Shown here piece by piece: positions 11,101 to 19,595 of a stretch of 62,289 bases of DNA; the stretch's first letter is position 1; every line of letters starts with the position of its first letter. This DNA comes from a virus (taxonomy: Duplodnaviria; Caudoviricetes), in IMG/VR virus record IMGVR_UViG_3300025654_000009, positions 1 to 62,289 of that record. One strand, written 5' to 3'. The translations under genes and the position numbers were made by a program. The notes beneath the pieces are model-generated. The model was not told the origin of the DNA. It worked only from the letters and a program-made list of their open reading frames with translations, and made no database searches.

Positions 11101-14100
11101 AAGAATTAATAGATTACTCTGAGAAAATTTTTAATAATGCAGACTTTGCTGTTAAAGAAGCACAGGCTATTAAACTTAATTCAGATGTAACAAAGAAACT
11201 TAATTCTGGAGCTTATGGTTTAAATACAGACTTGAATACAAGATTGTCAAATATTTTAAATACACCTATTAGTAACCTTACATCTGAAAATATAGATTCT
11301 TATAATGATTTTCTAAAAAGAATTAAGAACTCTAAAAAATCAGAATTAGCTCCATTTATATTAGAGGCTCAAAACTTATTTGACTCTTTGTATGTAGCAA
11401 CTCCAGAGGTTAGTGAAGAGGTAGAAACTAAAGAAGCTGAGACATTAAAAAATATAGTTGATAAAATAATTGATGAAGACGTAGATGGCGAAACATTACT
11501 TAAAGATAACAGTAAATTTATTGAAAATGATTTAGGTAAGTTAGATTCATTTGAGTTAGAAACTCTTATAGATAAGATTAATTTAGCTGAAACAGATGAA
11601 AATACTGATATAGTTCAGGCCGCTAATAACTATGCAGAGAACAGACAAAAGGTTTTAAACAACATAAAGTCAAGGTCTAAAGGAATTACTTTAAAAAACC
11701 TAGACACTACTACAAGAGAGGCAGGTGATGTTAATGTCTATAAAAACATAAAAGATTCTGATATAGTTGGGCTAACAGGTAATCAACTAATGGAATTAGA
11801 GATTACTCTTGAGAACATAAACGAAGGGTTTTATACTCATGCTGCAAACAAGCTTGGCCAATCTATAAACAGTAGGGCGCAAGATATTATGCCTATGATT
11901 ATGAAGTACGGAACTGGGAAACATAAAGCAGCTATGATTAAAACCTTTGGAGAATCCTATTTAAAAAGTAAGTATACAGGTAAAGGAGTAGCTCAGGAGA
12001 TGATAAGATCAAACCCATTGTCTGTTATTGATAATGTGTTTGGTAACTATGCAAATGAAAATATAAGGAACAATACATTTACACCTATAGCATCTAAATA
12101 CGCTGCATATAATGCTTGGGCAGCTAAGGCTACAGATAAACTTGCTGCTGTAGAAAAACTTTTAGCACCATCTTTAAAGGAAAGTGTAAATAAATCTGTT
12201 GAAAGAAATTTTGAAGTACAGATGTATCTATTGGCATTAGAGAGTGAAAGCAATCCAGGAGTAAAGGGTATTGATACTCCCAATGGATATGTGTCTGCTG
12301 TAGTAAAAAAATATAATAAAAACCCTCAAAAAAGCAGATACAATGAATCAGATATAGCAGTTTTAGAAGCTATGTTAAAAAAGTACAATGATAATGGTGT
12401 AGTTACAACTAAAAAAATGGATGAGTCTTTATCTCCTAAAGTAAAGAAGGCGATAAAGATAATGCGTGATGTTTATAATTCATTGTCAGACAAACAGGCT
12501 TATGCTACAACTATTGTTCGAGGAGGTAAATTAGATTTATTAAATAACTATGTACATCACAAAATGGATGTAGATACTAAGGGATTTTCTGAAAACAGAG
12601 ACCAAAATGATTCTCAATTGCAGAGTCAAATGAATTACTTTAACTCTAGTACAAAGTCAAAAACATCAATAAGCAGAACAGGAGTAAGTAATAATAAGTC
12701 TATTGACTTTAGTCCTGTTTCATCAGCACTTAGAGCAGTAAGGGCGGTGGGTATGGATTATTATCTAACAAATGAAATTCAAACAGAAAGAAAAGCGTTA
12801 AATGAATTAATTAAAATAACAGAAAGAAATACAGATAGAGAAGAAGTTATTCAGGCTGCTAAAGATTTAAATGAAGTATACACAGAAGCTATAGATAACG
12901 TTATTGGTTCTAACTTTAGCACCGATGTTGTTGGTGGTAAGCTTATGGATGTAGCAAAAAGAATAGGTTATTACGGAACACTAGCTTCTGTTCCTAGAGC
13001 AGTAGCTGAACTTGGTTCTAACTTAACTTTTGCACTTTTGGATAGTCCCCTTGAAACAATGGATGGGATGACTAAGTACGGTAAACTAGGGCTTGGGCAA
13101 AACGGAATGGATTTTGCTATAAATGTTGGAGCTATTTCTTACACTAAATTATATAATTCTGAAATATTATCAGGCTCTAAAGCAGAACAAGGAGGTGTTG
13201 TTAGAAATAAAAAGACAAGCAGCAGAACTAAACAAACTAAGTTAGGTGAGGGAATTGAGTATGCTGGTAGGTTTACTTCTCAAGGGGCTAAAGGAATTGA
13301 GTTTGTAGCAGATAACTTATTAAGTACTCCTGATAAAATGATTTCAAGACCTTTATTTTTTGGAACATTCGGTAGAACCTTTAAGTCTATAACAGGTCAA
13401 GAAATGGATGTAAATAAGATTTCAGAAAATGACCAAGAGTATATGGAAAAATATGCTGATGCTATTAAAGAATCTAGGATTGCTGCTGATAAAGCAGTAA
13501 CTCAAGCAGCAACTTCTAATGACCCATTTAGTGGTGTGTTAAAGAATCAATTAAAAGCAGGAGCAGGAAATACTGGTAAGAATTATTACAGAACACTTAA
13601 TTCATACATGGCTAGATTTACTATTAATGAATACGCTACAGCCAGACAAGCAATTGCATCTATGGTCGGTCAAGGGGATCAAAGCCCAATACAAGGAGCT
13701 GCAAAATTAACAGCTGTAATGGCTCGAATGAGTCTTTACGTTGTCTCTTATAAAGCTTTAACTGCTTTATGGCAATCAATGCTAGGTCTTGATGATGAAG
13801 ATGATGTTGATTACGAAGAGCTAGCTATAAGACAAGCGGTTGGTGCAGGAGTTTCATTAATAACAAGAGGTGTAACAGGGAACATTCCTCAGATTCTGCC
13901 AAACATAGGTATTGAAAGTTTTAATAAATCTTATGGAGAAGAGTTGGGCTTATGGTCAGATGATGATGGAAAAGGATATAATCAATACAAACATTCATTA
14001 ATTTTTTCTATTATTAACACAGAAAGTATAGAAAGAAAAGGAGCAGCATCAGCGTTAATAAATGTTTTGTCAGGGCCTTTATCAAATCAAGTAAATGCAA

Positions 14101-14495
14101 GTCTAAGGGTTGCAGATTTATTAGCAAAGATGGATAGTAAAAATGCTACCGTAGCTAATAGAGCCTTTAAAGAATTTATGTCTGAAAGGACAGCTATAGA
14201 GATGCTTAATATTCCTGGTGCAATTCCTTTTTATAAAGACGTTAGAAGATATTATGTTGCTAAAAATTGGTCTGAAGTAAAGGAGGCAAAAAGACTGGAA
14301 GAAAACAAAGGTAAGCGATTGAGTATTAAACAAATGGAACTAATTAATCCTAGGAAAGCTGATGAAATGAGACGAAAGAAAAAAGAGCTTAAAGAAAAAA
14401 GGAATAATGACCCAAAATATCAAGCAATTTTAAGAGCCAAAAAAGAACGTAAAGAAAAAAGAGAAAGGGAATTAAGAAGAAGAAGAAGAAGATAG
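5184..14495 (+). CDS. Giant (3103 aa) putative ejected/polyvalent virion protein
   Basis: Last gene of the structural arm; N-terminal YEMLPEGIFND x2; acidic linkers; central RAVHDAFGH...GEENAW domain; basic C-terminus. Confidence 0.75.
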   Translation: MEEIYEMLPEGIFNDFNGFSEYVNQNGIKSVYEMLPEGIFNDEQGFLDYAEKKNPIVTPSNGGKVVTESTTETETTPGSSDGLEVTEVVEDDFVDFKEQMNPLNVLKGDTENLIPEEEVQDFLTEDLNKLLDNSDIPLDGFYMPGQSRARAMKNASKIVDETLKLKIEADPNIQKALAVGYIKESDVISALKGNRKSIEKLQDIAVRSTEDNILKLQSEELQPYDVYSETKNYIETEEDKAIKTEAIRVVNSFNSETQKLLDANPDATEEEMQAIFQREGSPTQEQFDIAEDADYQPTGFENEQLGKMYNQTALKKLSDKNEKFNIAGFNGYLKKKGFLDKYNQLLEDETISEDGRSYDYSGNYNPTLAAERLKYDYLKNYLAESDMQRIEKEVLEYKIANNGRNPFLHGDTDKINLKPSIKSEDLSQYMIEEFKTLAAVVEKQKAETKENYQRELEGGVGGDNTQWLLDSGYQGGRSVADRINSTSEWGYGWLGMDSVVDEIQMNQAETELNRDDMLRYTYASGKSAYANGREYMIDDRGEIYDLDLKIRVSSVLEPSQIEEIRKQVSKNGVETSSFSGTGAAVTTAGVASDMLLQIALTRGVGIAGQTIKGISAASKYKQGRSIIKLLEKVPMRATTASAMIAQGTLMASSLSSDVRKQALAAGMSNEEADELAASASMQGYALGVLTAPISTQRIAMDKIFGTKVKEKLIQKSIDAYTKGAGIEVSKSIFKKGLDKVITNGKVYLGEGLKEFIQENIQQGGQAYVIGDNINEQAGQEIMRDTISADEFMNTSIISLTAGFFMPFAGDLKTGTVNSFKVRGRGFQAVDQMKALALMSSDSDKTKQLLDSQVKKGVYTPEQVENIMADVEIYKSTINGLPPNLSAETSLSVMSDLAKIKELEAIKQKENPAFPDFRTDVEIQKLKNRIIKKSNFDFINNKEKQKFMDNAGKELVAEKEAAGEKNYKINNSEIRNRAVENFNKLSIEEMQALAYPDQQKESETKTDEDAISKPSTEEQVTVTQSQKDLFGETHTDKNLITPSNPKGEANISNITSLDGKGVSTATYVNPETGIVDAIISSKDKKNFVGYVRIYENGKPTNMFSTKMESTGGAFKNMITSADTTLPDGAKVLPGETISEGGLKSFNNSKLDVETDSDGNVVTREVNYSDVTKETVKQKGDRSFGKFVTPIKSEAEAEIVKIQKAYPGIEARIVKSGLSFEIKIDLPVLIKTEKDAIQEPSTEKQVLPDDATSQTDGADSEVELQQVGEGDVGTDTDTQVEEGETQTDTTSDTTTEGNVEQVAETQLKPYDPVKKESYETVDDNGDKAIVVIITAKDGSRKIQYKNKDGETYNNDTLGKDNDITNERVIELVVSEEGSGIVKTETIEGFENIASPKAVRRRKGNKTTDTEQLTDTPQVFGDNPLSSIEVSEDYNDIGKQRRSKLRVIAQMEFNNEITAEEQLNLREDSFRNMKKAQEAFKSKPKTNEKTKQQVQSKRSRDGGTRRTSISKTTPLQGTPVIKGATGPDIQLVSVAEKYANDNNIELKRQGEYVEVDPVRAKRIADAYTEMANDPQNPKVKEAYAELIKQTKAQYEALVKAGYKFWFIDLNNPKNIEYISSPFNAMRDLRKNKEMGVFPTDLGFGSDEDVDVSQNPLLEDTGLKWPVGGLNGETKSVTANDLFRAVHDAFGHGLEGAGFRARGEENAWQAHSRLFTGAAIGAMTSETRGQNSWVNFGPNGESNRTASAEDTVFADQKVGLMPEWTWSEGRSEDMQSPKVMSVNNDLDNKIESFANRMADADTSNELSDEAIEFYSENQEAIDKRVSEIRKKLPKDKSKTRRLATKIAKGETNFSNEQIDLYAANEAEVQAEVEAIAKTNSQTVTADTYKGILKSIKSTTRTDKARQEGENAQRKRFWKAWNKANREGKQDLKTKRKNLNDQIKTYAKGKKGTITAAQTRAVVNRVNSVNLDNELAVQELIDYSEKIFNNADFAVKEAQAIKLNSDVTKKLNSGAYGLNTDLNTRLSNILNTPISNLTSENIDSYNDFLKRIKNSKKSELAPFILEAQNLFDSLYVATPEVSEEVETKEAETLKNIVDKIIDEDVDGETLLKDNSKFIENDLGKLDSFELETLIDKINLAETDENTDIVQAANNYAENRQKVLNNIKSRSKGITLKNLDTTTREAGDVNVYKNIKDSDIVGLTGNQLMELEITLENINEGFYTHAANKLGQSINSRAQDIMPMIMKYGTGKHKAAMIKTFGESYLKSKYTGKGVAQEMIRSNPLSVIDNVFGNYANENIRNNTFTPIASKYAAYNAWAAKATDKLAAVEKLLAPSLKESVNKSVERNFEVQMYLLALESESNPGVKGIDTPNGYVSAVVKKYNKNPQKSRYNESDIAVLEAMLKKYNDNGVVTTKKMDESLSPKVKKAIKIMRDVYNSLSDKQAYATTIVRGGKLDLLNNYVHHKMDVDTKGFSENRDQNDSQLQSQMNYFNSSTKSKTSISRTGVSNNKSIDFSPVSSALRAVRAVGMDYYLTNEIQTERKALNELIKITERNTDREEVIQAAKDLNEVYTEAIDNVIGSNFSTDVVGGKLMDVAKRIGYYGTLASVPRAVAELGSNLTFALLDSPLETMDGMTKYGKLGLGQNGMDFAINVGAISYTKLYNSEILSGSKAEQGGVVRNKKTSSRTKQTKLGEGIEYAGRFTSQGAKGIEFVADNLLSTPDKMISRPLFFGTFGRTFKSITGQEMDVNKISENDQEYMEKYADAIKESRIAADKAVTQAATSNDPFSGVLKNQLKAGAGNTGKNYYRTLNSYMARFTINEYATARQAIASMVGQGDQSPIQGAAKLTAVMARMSLYVVSYKALTALWQSMLGLDDEDDVDYEELAIRQAVGAGVSLITRGVTGNIPQILPNIGIESFNKSYGEELGLWSDDDGKGYNQYKHSLIFSIINTESIERKGAASALINVLSGPLSNQVNASLRVADLLAKMDSKNATVANRAFKEFMSERTAIEMLNIPGAIPFYKDVRRYYVAKNWSEVKEAKRLEENKGKRLSIKQMELINPRKADEMRRKKKELKEKRNNDPKYQAILRAKKERKEKRERELRRRRRR
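8192..8914 (+). repeat. 48-bp imperfect direct repeat (8192-8239 and 8867-8914) flanking an in-frame module
   Basis: 42/48 identical by hand; spacing 675 nt = 225 codons. Confidence 0.85.
8881..9084 (+). CDS. Overprinted (+1 frame) small basic protein MPFKSQAQR...
   Basis: 67 aa; GC ~51% over 8881-9060 vs ~25% in the preceding 60 nt; A-rich leader; resembles small phage proteins starting MPFKS. Confidence 0.65.
   Translation: MPFKSQAQRSKCYQMMQQAKQMGQTPKWNCSKWEKETLGQIPTRKSKKVKRKPIQLATRLRREMLNK
9634..9840 (+). CDS. Candidate second overprinted (+1 frame) protein in the giant gene
   Basis: 68 aa; A-rich leader; GC ~51% over 9661-9780. Confidence 0.4.
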   Translation: MKKQNNKYNPNAPETEEQDGLQSAKLRLFKALQSSKVQQDQIYSSYPLLKNMQMTTILNSKDKENTLK

Positions 14496-14615
14496 TTGTT
14501 CACTATCATCATCAATAGCTGCATCAAATAATTGTTGCAGCTTCTGAATTGCTTTGTAGTTAGGTCTGTCTTTAGATTTTTCCTTAATAATCTGTTCTAT
14601 TATTTTATCTTTCAT
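14472..14615 (-). CDS. Small hypothetical protein (47 aa), convergently overlapping the giant gene end
   Basis: Hand-translated MKDKIIEQIIKEKSKDRPNYKAIQ...SSSSSS. Confidence 0.5.
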   Translation of the reverse strand: MKDKIIEQIIKEKSKDRPNYKAIQKLQQLFDAAIDDDSEQLSSSSSS

Positions 14616-14784
14616 TGCTTTGAATCTTTTGTATATATAAAGCAGCATCCATTAGTTCTTCTTTTAGATGCTGTAAAAAGTTATCTTTATTATTATCCTG
14701 TAGTGTAGTTTTGTATTTACTTATACCGACACAACTTCTAGCATCAAACTCTTTTTTTAAATCTTCTACGATTTTATCTTTCAT
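14605..14784 (-). CDS. Small all-alpha NTP pyrophosphohydrolase (MazG-like) protein, 59 aa
   Basis: Hand-translated; GISKYKTTL...LQHLKEELMDAALY with an EExxD acidic motif. Confidence 0.55.
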   Translation of the reverse strand: MKDKIVEDLKKEFDARSCVGISKYKTTLQDNNKDNFLQHLKEELMDAALYIQKIQSNER

Positions 14785-14785
14785 C

Positions 14786-15517
14786 TTATAAATCCATTAG
14801 TCTATTAATAGCTGTATGTCCACCTAATACCACACCACATCCTATTGCTTGTTTCTTAAAGTTCTTGGCATAAGCAGCTGCGTAAGATGTTCCATCTACT
14901 CCACAACCAACTTGCATTCCAAAGACCTTGAAGTTTCTTCCAACGCTCCATTCAACATAAGCCTGTGTATGGATATGGCCTTGTACTGTAGACATCATAT
15001 CATTTTTTGATTTGGTTCTTGCTGTCCCACCTTCTCCATGAACGTACTGTACATTATCGTAGACTATTCTATCTACCCAGTTCCAATTAGTTCCAAGAAC
15101 ATCGTTGTAAGACTTAACCCATCGCTTAGGAATTTGAGAGTCAAAAGCTTTTCTCATTATAATTCTGTCGTGATTTCCAATCAGAACATCAGCAACAGGG
15201 AAAGCTTCTACCCATTTACTTATATCGTTTATAGCATAATCTAATTCATCTCCACCACCCATACCATCAGGATCACTAATATGAAATGAACTGTAGTGGT
15301 TATCAATTATGTCTCCTATGAATATTACTTGGTTGCAGTTGTATTTAGAATAAGTTTCTTTACAGAATTCAAAGTAACCTTTTAGTTCAAAGGGAGCATG
15401 TATGTCTCCAATAACTAATATCCTTCGTTCTTTAGTTGTCAGATTCTCGTAAGCTAATTTTTTATTACCTGACAATCTTGGTCTATAACTCATCTTCTGT
15501 AAATTTTTGCGTCTCAC
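14786..15517 (-). CDS. Calcineurin-like metallophosphoesterase
   Basis: GDIH, GDIID, GNHD, HG and GHIH motifs; true start probably Met9 (15493). Confidence 0.9.
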   Translation of the reverse strand: MRRKNLQKMSYRPRLSGNKKLAYENLTTKERRILVIGDIHAPFELKGYFEFCKETYSKYNCNQVIFIGDIIDNHYSSFHISDPDGMGGGDELDYAINDISKWVEAFPVADVLIGNHDRIIMRKAFDSQIPKRWVKSYNDVLGTNWNWVDRIVYDNVQYVHGEGGTARTKSKNDMMSTVQGHIHTQAYVEWSVGRNFKVFGMQVGCGVDGTSYAAAYAKNFKKQAIGCGVVLGGHTAINRLMDL

Positions 15518-15671
15518 GCAAAACAGAATGAAGCTCCTTGATGGATTGGTTTAAATGCTCATAATCTTCATCCATTAAAGACTCGTAGATGTCATCGGTT
15601 AAGTCATTGATGGATTTCATCAATAAGTTAATAAAGTTAATTGAGTTTCTGCTGTTTTTGTGTATTGACAT
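15483..15671 (-). CDS. Hypothetical protein
   Basis: 62-aa ORF in the minus-strand operon. Confidence 0.6.
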   Translation of the reverse strand: MSIHKNSRNSINFINLLMKSINDLTDDIYESLMDEDYEHLNQSIKELHSVLRETQKFTEDEL

Positions 15672-15741
15672 TTGTACTATTTGTTTCTGTAATGTACAAG
15701 TTTTTGTTCAATAAAAATAGAAAACTTATTAACAAAGATTG

Positions 15742-15972
15742 TTAATCTTGTGCGTATAATAAATGTTTCCCAACATCTTGATTGATTTTAGTAACAGCTT
15801 TATAAATTGCTTTTGATTTTCTTCTTACAACTTCACGTTCTGTTTTTGTTGACTCTTTACCTAAGTTGGTATACTGATAACAATCAATTCTAAACAACTC
15901 ATCTATTTTCTTTTTTTCTGACCAGGTTTTAAAGTTTACAACTTTATCAATGTCTTCGTAACTGTATTCCAT
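15742..15972 (-). CDS. Hypothetical protein
   Basis: 76-aa ORF, tightly packed. Confidence 0.7.
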   Translation of the reverse strand: MEYSYEDIDKVVNFKTWSEKKKIDELFRIDCYQYTNLGKESTKTEREVVRRKSKAIYKAVTKINQDVGKHLLYAQD

Positions 15973-15973
15973 T

Positions 15974-16336
15974 TTACCAATATTTTATAGTTCTTAATTC
16001 TCTTGCGAGTTCTCTTATTTCATTTTTTATTTCTTCTCTTCTCATTTCTCCACTAGATAACTTAGTAAGACACTTATTATATATAAACGAAAACTCCTTA
16101 TCAAATTTAATAATAAACTCTATATCCTTAAGAGAATGAAGAACAGAGGCGTGGTTCTTGTCAAAAATATCTGCTATTGCCTGAAAACTCATTCCATGCA
16201 AATTACGAAATATATAATAAGCTATTCTTCTAGCGTCAACATGTTGTCTTTCTCTGCTTATCTTTTTTAAATCTTTTATATTTGTTTCTTCTTGAACAAC
16301 ATGAATCACATGTTTAATCAATGTTTCTTTTCTCAT
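15974..16336 (-). CDS. DnaA C-terminal-like HTH DNA-binding protein
   Basis: SRERQHVDARRIAYY...SFQAIADIFDKNHASVLHS resembles DnaA domain IV. Confidence 0.75.
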   Translation of the reverse strand: MRKETLIKHVIHVVQEETNIKDLKKISRERQHVDARRIAYYIFRNLHGMSFQAIADIFDKNHASVLHSLKDIEFIIKFDKEFSFIYNKCLTKLSSGEMRREEIKNEIRELARELRTIKYW

Positions 16337-16644
16337 GTTATATTTTGATTTAAATTAATTGAGTCTAAATATTCATCAGAAGATATTTCATAGGTATCCA
16401 TAAGAACTATTGGGCCATCTTCATCTCTAAAGTAATCTATTTTAAAAAACACAGGATTGTTTTTGTCGTCATTAACAACTCCAGTTTTATTTTCAATATA
16501 ACCGTAGGTTGTTTCTGCTCCATACATGTGATCAATTACTGAGGCCACTTTTACTGCAGCTCCATTTCTGAAGTTTCTCATTTGTTCTAAAAAATATTCA
16601 TCTATTTCAAACTCCTCCTCTGTATACTTCTGTTTTGCATCCAT
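16333..16644 (-). CDS. Hypothetical acidic protein
   Basis: 103-aa ORF overlapping both neighbours. Confidence 0.65.
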   Translation of the reverse strand: MDAKQKYTEEEFEIDEYFLEQMRNFRNGAAVKVASVIDHMYGAETTYGYIENKTGVVNDDKNNPVFFKIDYFRDEDGPIVLMDTYEISSDEYLDSINLNQNIT

Positions 16645-16852
16645 GCTTTTCTAATTCTTTTAATCTATATTCTTGTATGGCAGACACCCTGCCACTTGGC
16701 TTTTTTACTTCTGAAAACAACACACCACAATTAGGGGGTATAGCAACAAGATCAGGTATACCGTTCTTATTAGTCTTAATAAGTTTAATAACATAGTAAC
16801 CTTCAGCCTCTAACTGCTTAATCCTTTTCGCTTGTATCTGTTGTTCTGTCAT
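16607..16852 (-). CDS. VRR-NUC domain nuclease (resolvase-like)
   Basis: E..IQ, GIPDL, EVK, GRVSAIQ motifs. Confidence 0.85.
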   Translation of the reverse strand: MTEQQIQAKRIKQLEAEGYYVIKLIKTNKNGIPDLVAIPPNCGVLFSEVKKPSGRVSAIQEYRLKELEKHGCKTEVYRGGV

Positions 16853-17210
16853 CTAATGCATTTTTTAATTTATCCAAGACAACATTAGTTTTAAAAAAAC
16901 CGAATGTCCTATACAAATTATCATTATGAGCCATATTTATACATTTTTTAACAAGCTTTTCGTTCACAATAAACTTGTCGCCTCTTTTTATTGCAAATGT
17001 TTCTCCAGAATTAACACCTGTGTTTTGGACTATAAGTTTATTATCATTCATATCTTTAATTTCATTCATAAAATAAACATATTCTTTAGCCGCAATTTTA
17101 ACTTGTGTAGAATAAAAAGAAGGGGTTGAAATATGACTAAACATATTTAATAATTGATTAAATTTTACTTCATTTTCTAAATATTTCATTGGTAATTTTT
17201 CGTTATTCAT
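16818..17210 (-). CDS. Hypothetical protein
   Basis: ATG 17210 overlaps the stop of the upstream mini-ORF (ATGA). Confidence 0.6.
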   Translation of the reverse strand: MNNEKLPMKYLENEVKFNQLLNMFSHISTPSFYSTQVKIAAKEYVYFMNEIKDMNDNKLIVQNTGVNSGETFAIKRGDKFIVNEKLVKKCINMAHNDNLYRTFGFFKTNVVLDKLKNALDDRTTDTSEKD

Positions 17211-17341
17211 AATTTGTTTTTTTTGTCCCAAAGATTATTTTCGGTTAAATATTTAGGATTCATCATTGGAATCCACATACTTTGTGGTTTTCCAAATACC
17301 CAAATAGTTTTTCTTGTTTCTCCTAAAGTTTCTTTTGTCAT
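17207..17341 (-). CDS. Small hypothetical protein (44 aa)
   Basis: Hand-translated MTKETLGETRKTIWVFGKPQ...; fills the gap and is coupled to the next gene. Confidence 0.5.
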   Translation of the reverse strand: MTKETLGETRKTIWVFGKPQSMWIPMMNPKYLTENNLWDKKNKL

Positions 17342-17342
17342 A

Positions 17343-17852
17343 TTAAAATTTATTTAACTTATTTATTTCAAGTATAGTTGCATTTGCTTTATGAAATTTA
17401 AACTTATCAAAGTTAGTTCCTTTTGATACAAAAGTTCCCTTACTGAAAAACTCATCACATGGAATCCAACCTAAAATCCAAGCTTTTGAAAAGTCATTTA
17501 TCATTCTTAAAAAAATATAATAATCTGCTTTTTGTTTATGAACTCCACTCAAATCATGTGAGTTTACTGTACACCAATAATCTTCTTTAGGTTTAAACTT
17601 GCAGGTTATTGTTTTTACTTCTAACCTCTTATTTTTTTTGGATAACAAATCAAATTCATAATCATCAACATCCTTGTCTAAAGATAGATAATCCATTATT
17701 ATTTTCTCACCAATATATCCAACCAATATACGATTTCTCTCAGAACCAAATTTATTTAAAGTTAGATTATCTTTAGATATAATCCTACTTAATTTTTGTT
17801 TAGCATATTCAATTGTTTCCTCAGTTATGATTATCTCAATCATAGAACTCAT
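17343..17852 (-). CDS. PD-(D/E)xK nuclease-fold protein
   Basis: GYIGE...FDL...LEVKT...ADYYIF...WILGW pattern. Confidence 0.6.
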   Translation of the reverse strand: MSSMIEIIITEETIEYAKQKLSRIISKDNLTLNKFGSERNRILVGYIGEKIIMDYLSLDKDVDDYEFDLLSKKNKRLEVKTITCKFKPKEDYWCTVNSHDLSGVHKQKADYYIFLRMINDFSKAWILGWIPCDEFFSKGTFVSKGTNFDKFKFHKANATILEINKLNKF

Positions 17853-17946
17853 CCCTCCAATCTTCAGGCCATATCTTTTTTCCTATAGCTTTTCCTACTA
17901 TCATTACTACCCAGGCTATACATAGCCAACCAATTGCTTCTATCAT
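17836..17946 (-). CDS. Small membrane protein (36 aa)
   Basis: Hand-translated MIEAIGWLCIAWVVMIVGKAIGKKIWPEDWRDEFYD. Confidence 0.5.
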   Translation of the reverse strand: MIEAIGWLCIAWVVMIVGKAIGKKIWPEDWRDEFYD

Positions 17947-17951
17947 TGTAT

Positions 17952-19190
17952 TTAATTTAAAGTTAATAAATTTCTTTTAAAATGTTTTAATGTATAATCT
18001 TTTTTCTTAGTAACAGCTCTATATATATCAGGCTCAATTCCACCTCTTGTAAATATCCAGACTACTTTATTCTCTGGTCTATCTTTAGTAGTCATCCTAT
18101 CTCTTGACTGCCAATAACTTGTGGCACTAAAGTCTATGTTATAGTAAATCAAAAGCTCTGCCTTTCTTAATGATATTCCTTCACGACCTGATACAATCTG
18201 TAATGCTATTGATTTATCTGTACTTTCAAACGTACTTAAATCCGTACATAGTTCATCACCGTATACCTGCTTCAATGCATTCAATTCCTCCTTAAACTTA
18301 TAAAAGATTCCTATTTTTTGACTACAGAAATTATCATATATAAACTGAGCTTTGAATGTATCTATTACCATAGAGTTACCGCTTTCAAATTTTACAGTTC
18401 CACTATACATCTGATGTAGCTTCTGCATTAATTTAACGCTAGTGTCAGCTAATATAACATCATCCTTACCCTCTACAACTAAATCTCTTTTAAGTCTGTT
18501 ACATAGCTTTAAAATCATTTCAGGAGGATCAACATACACAACATCTTCTTCTATTACAGATTCGAAACCTGCTTCTTTTTGAGTATATGAAATCATGTAT
18601 TGATTCATAGCATCTAATATGGTTTCCTTACCCTGTGAATAATCATTTACCATGAATCCTCCAATTCTCCTGGTCTTAGGAACTACATATTCTTTAGCAA
18701 ACTTATAGAAATTAGTATGCTTTCTAAAAGGACTATAAGCTATACCATATACCTGATGATACATCTGACTAAATGATTCAGGTGTTGGTGTTCCTGATAG
18801 CAGTATAACATATGGGTTGTTTTTAACAACAAACTCCTTAACTTGCTTTGCTCTTTTGCTAGGCTTAGGAAACGCTCCCATACTATGAGCCTCATCGCAC
18901 ACAACAGCATCCCAACCATTTAAATCTATCTTATGTAATGACTCGTAATTTATTACAGTAAGATCAAACCCTGGACTCAACAACTTATAATCAGACTCTA
19001 TACTACTTATAGCTTTCTTTTTAGTAATGAACAACACTTTGTTCACTATCATCATCTTGTCTAAGATTCCTAAACATGTAAGTGTCTTACCTGTCCTAAC
19101 CTCCATTGAAAGGTAAACGAATTTTTTTGTCTCTAAAATACTTTTACCCTTATCTATTATCTCCTTCTGATAGTCTCTAAATTTTATCAT
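17952..19190 (-). CDS. SF2 (SNF2-like) helicase
   Basis: FRDYQ, RTGKT, DEAH, SGTP and QSRDR motifs. Confidence 0.9.
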   Translation of the reverse strand: MIKFRDYQKEIIDKGKSILETKKFVYLSMEVRTGKTLTCLGILDKMMIVNKVLFITKKKAISSIESDYKLLSPGFDLTVINYESLHKIDLNGWDAVVCDEAHSMGAFPKPSKRAKQVKEFVVKNNPYVILLSGTPTPESFSQMYHQVYGIAYSPFRKHTNFYKFAKEYVVPKTRRIGGFMVNDYSQGKETILDAMNQYMISYTQKEAGFESVIEEDVVYVDPPEMILKLCNRLKRDLVVEGKDDVILADTSVKLMQKLHQMYSGTVKFESGNSMVIDTFKAQFIYDNFCSQKIGIFYKFKEELNALKQVYGDELCTDLSTFESTDKSIALQIVSGREGISLRKAELLIYYNIDFSATSYWQSRDRMTTKDRPENKVVWIFTRGGIEPDIYRAVTKKKDYTLKHFKRNLLTLN

Positions 19191-19320
19191 AGTTTATTTT
19201 AGTTAAGTGCTTTCTAATAATCTGATGTGTAGATTTTGGTTCGTACACATAATTTTCATAAGGCATAGCATTTAACTGTAGGTCATTTACTATTAAATTT
19301 ATAATTTTTTCTATGTCCAT
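19177..19320 (-). CDS. Small hypothetical protein (47 aa)
   Basis: Hand-translated MDIEKIINLIVNDLQ...; fills the gap in the operon. Confidence 0.45.
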   Translation of the reverse strand: MDIEKIINLIVNDLQLNAMPYENYVYEPKSTHQIIRKHLTKINYDKI

Positions 19321-19322
19321 TT

Positions 19323-19595
19323 TTATTTTTTATATGTTTCTCTTAAATATTTATATACTTCCGGTAGTTTTTCATTGGCTAATTTCTGATTCTTGTATAT
19401 AACAGATCCTAATGTTTCTTCACTATACAACATCATTTGTTTCTCATGACAATACTTAGAAGACTTACCCTCTGTTGATATACCTCCCTTTCTAATTGCA
19501 ATCCTACAATGACCTGAACCATATATGGGTTGTACGTATACTTGAAAGTCATTATCAATACACCACTTAAAATCAGAATGAAAATCTACTGTCAT
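19323..19595 (-). CDS. Hypothetical protein
   Basis: 90-aa ORF overlapping the primase stop. Confidence 0.65.
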   Translation of the reverse strand: MTVDFHSDFKWCIDNDFQVYVQPIYGSGHCRIAIRKGGISTEGKSSKYCHEKQMMLYSEETLGSVIYKNQKLANEKLPEVYKYLRETYKK

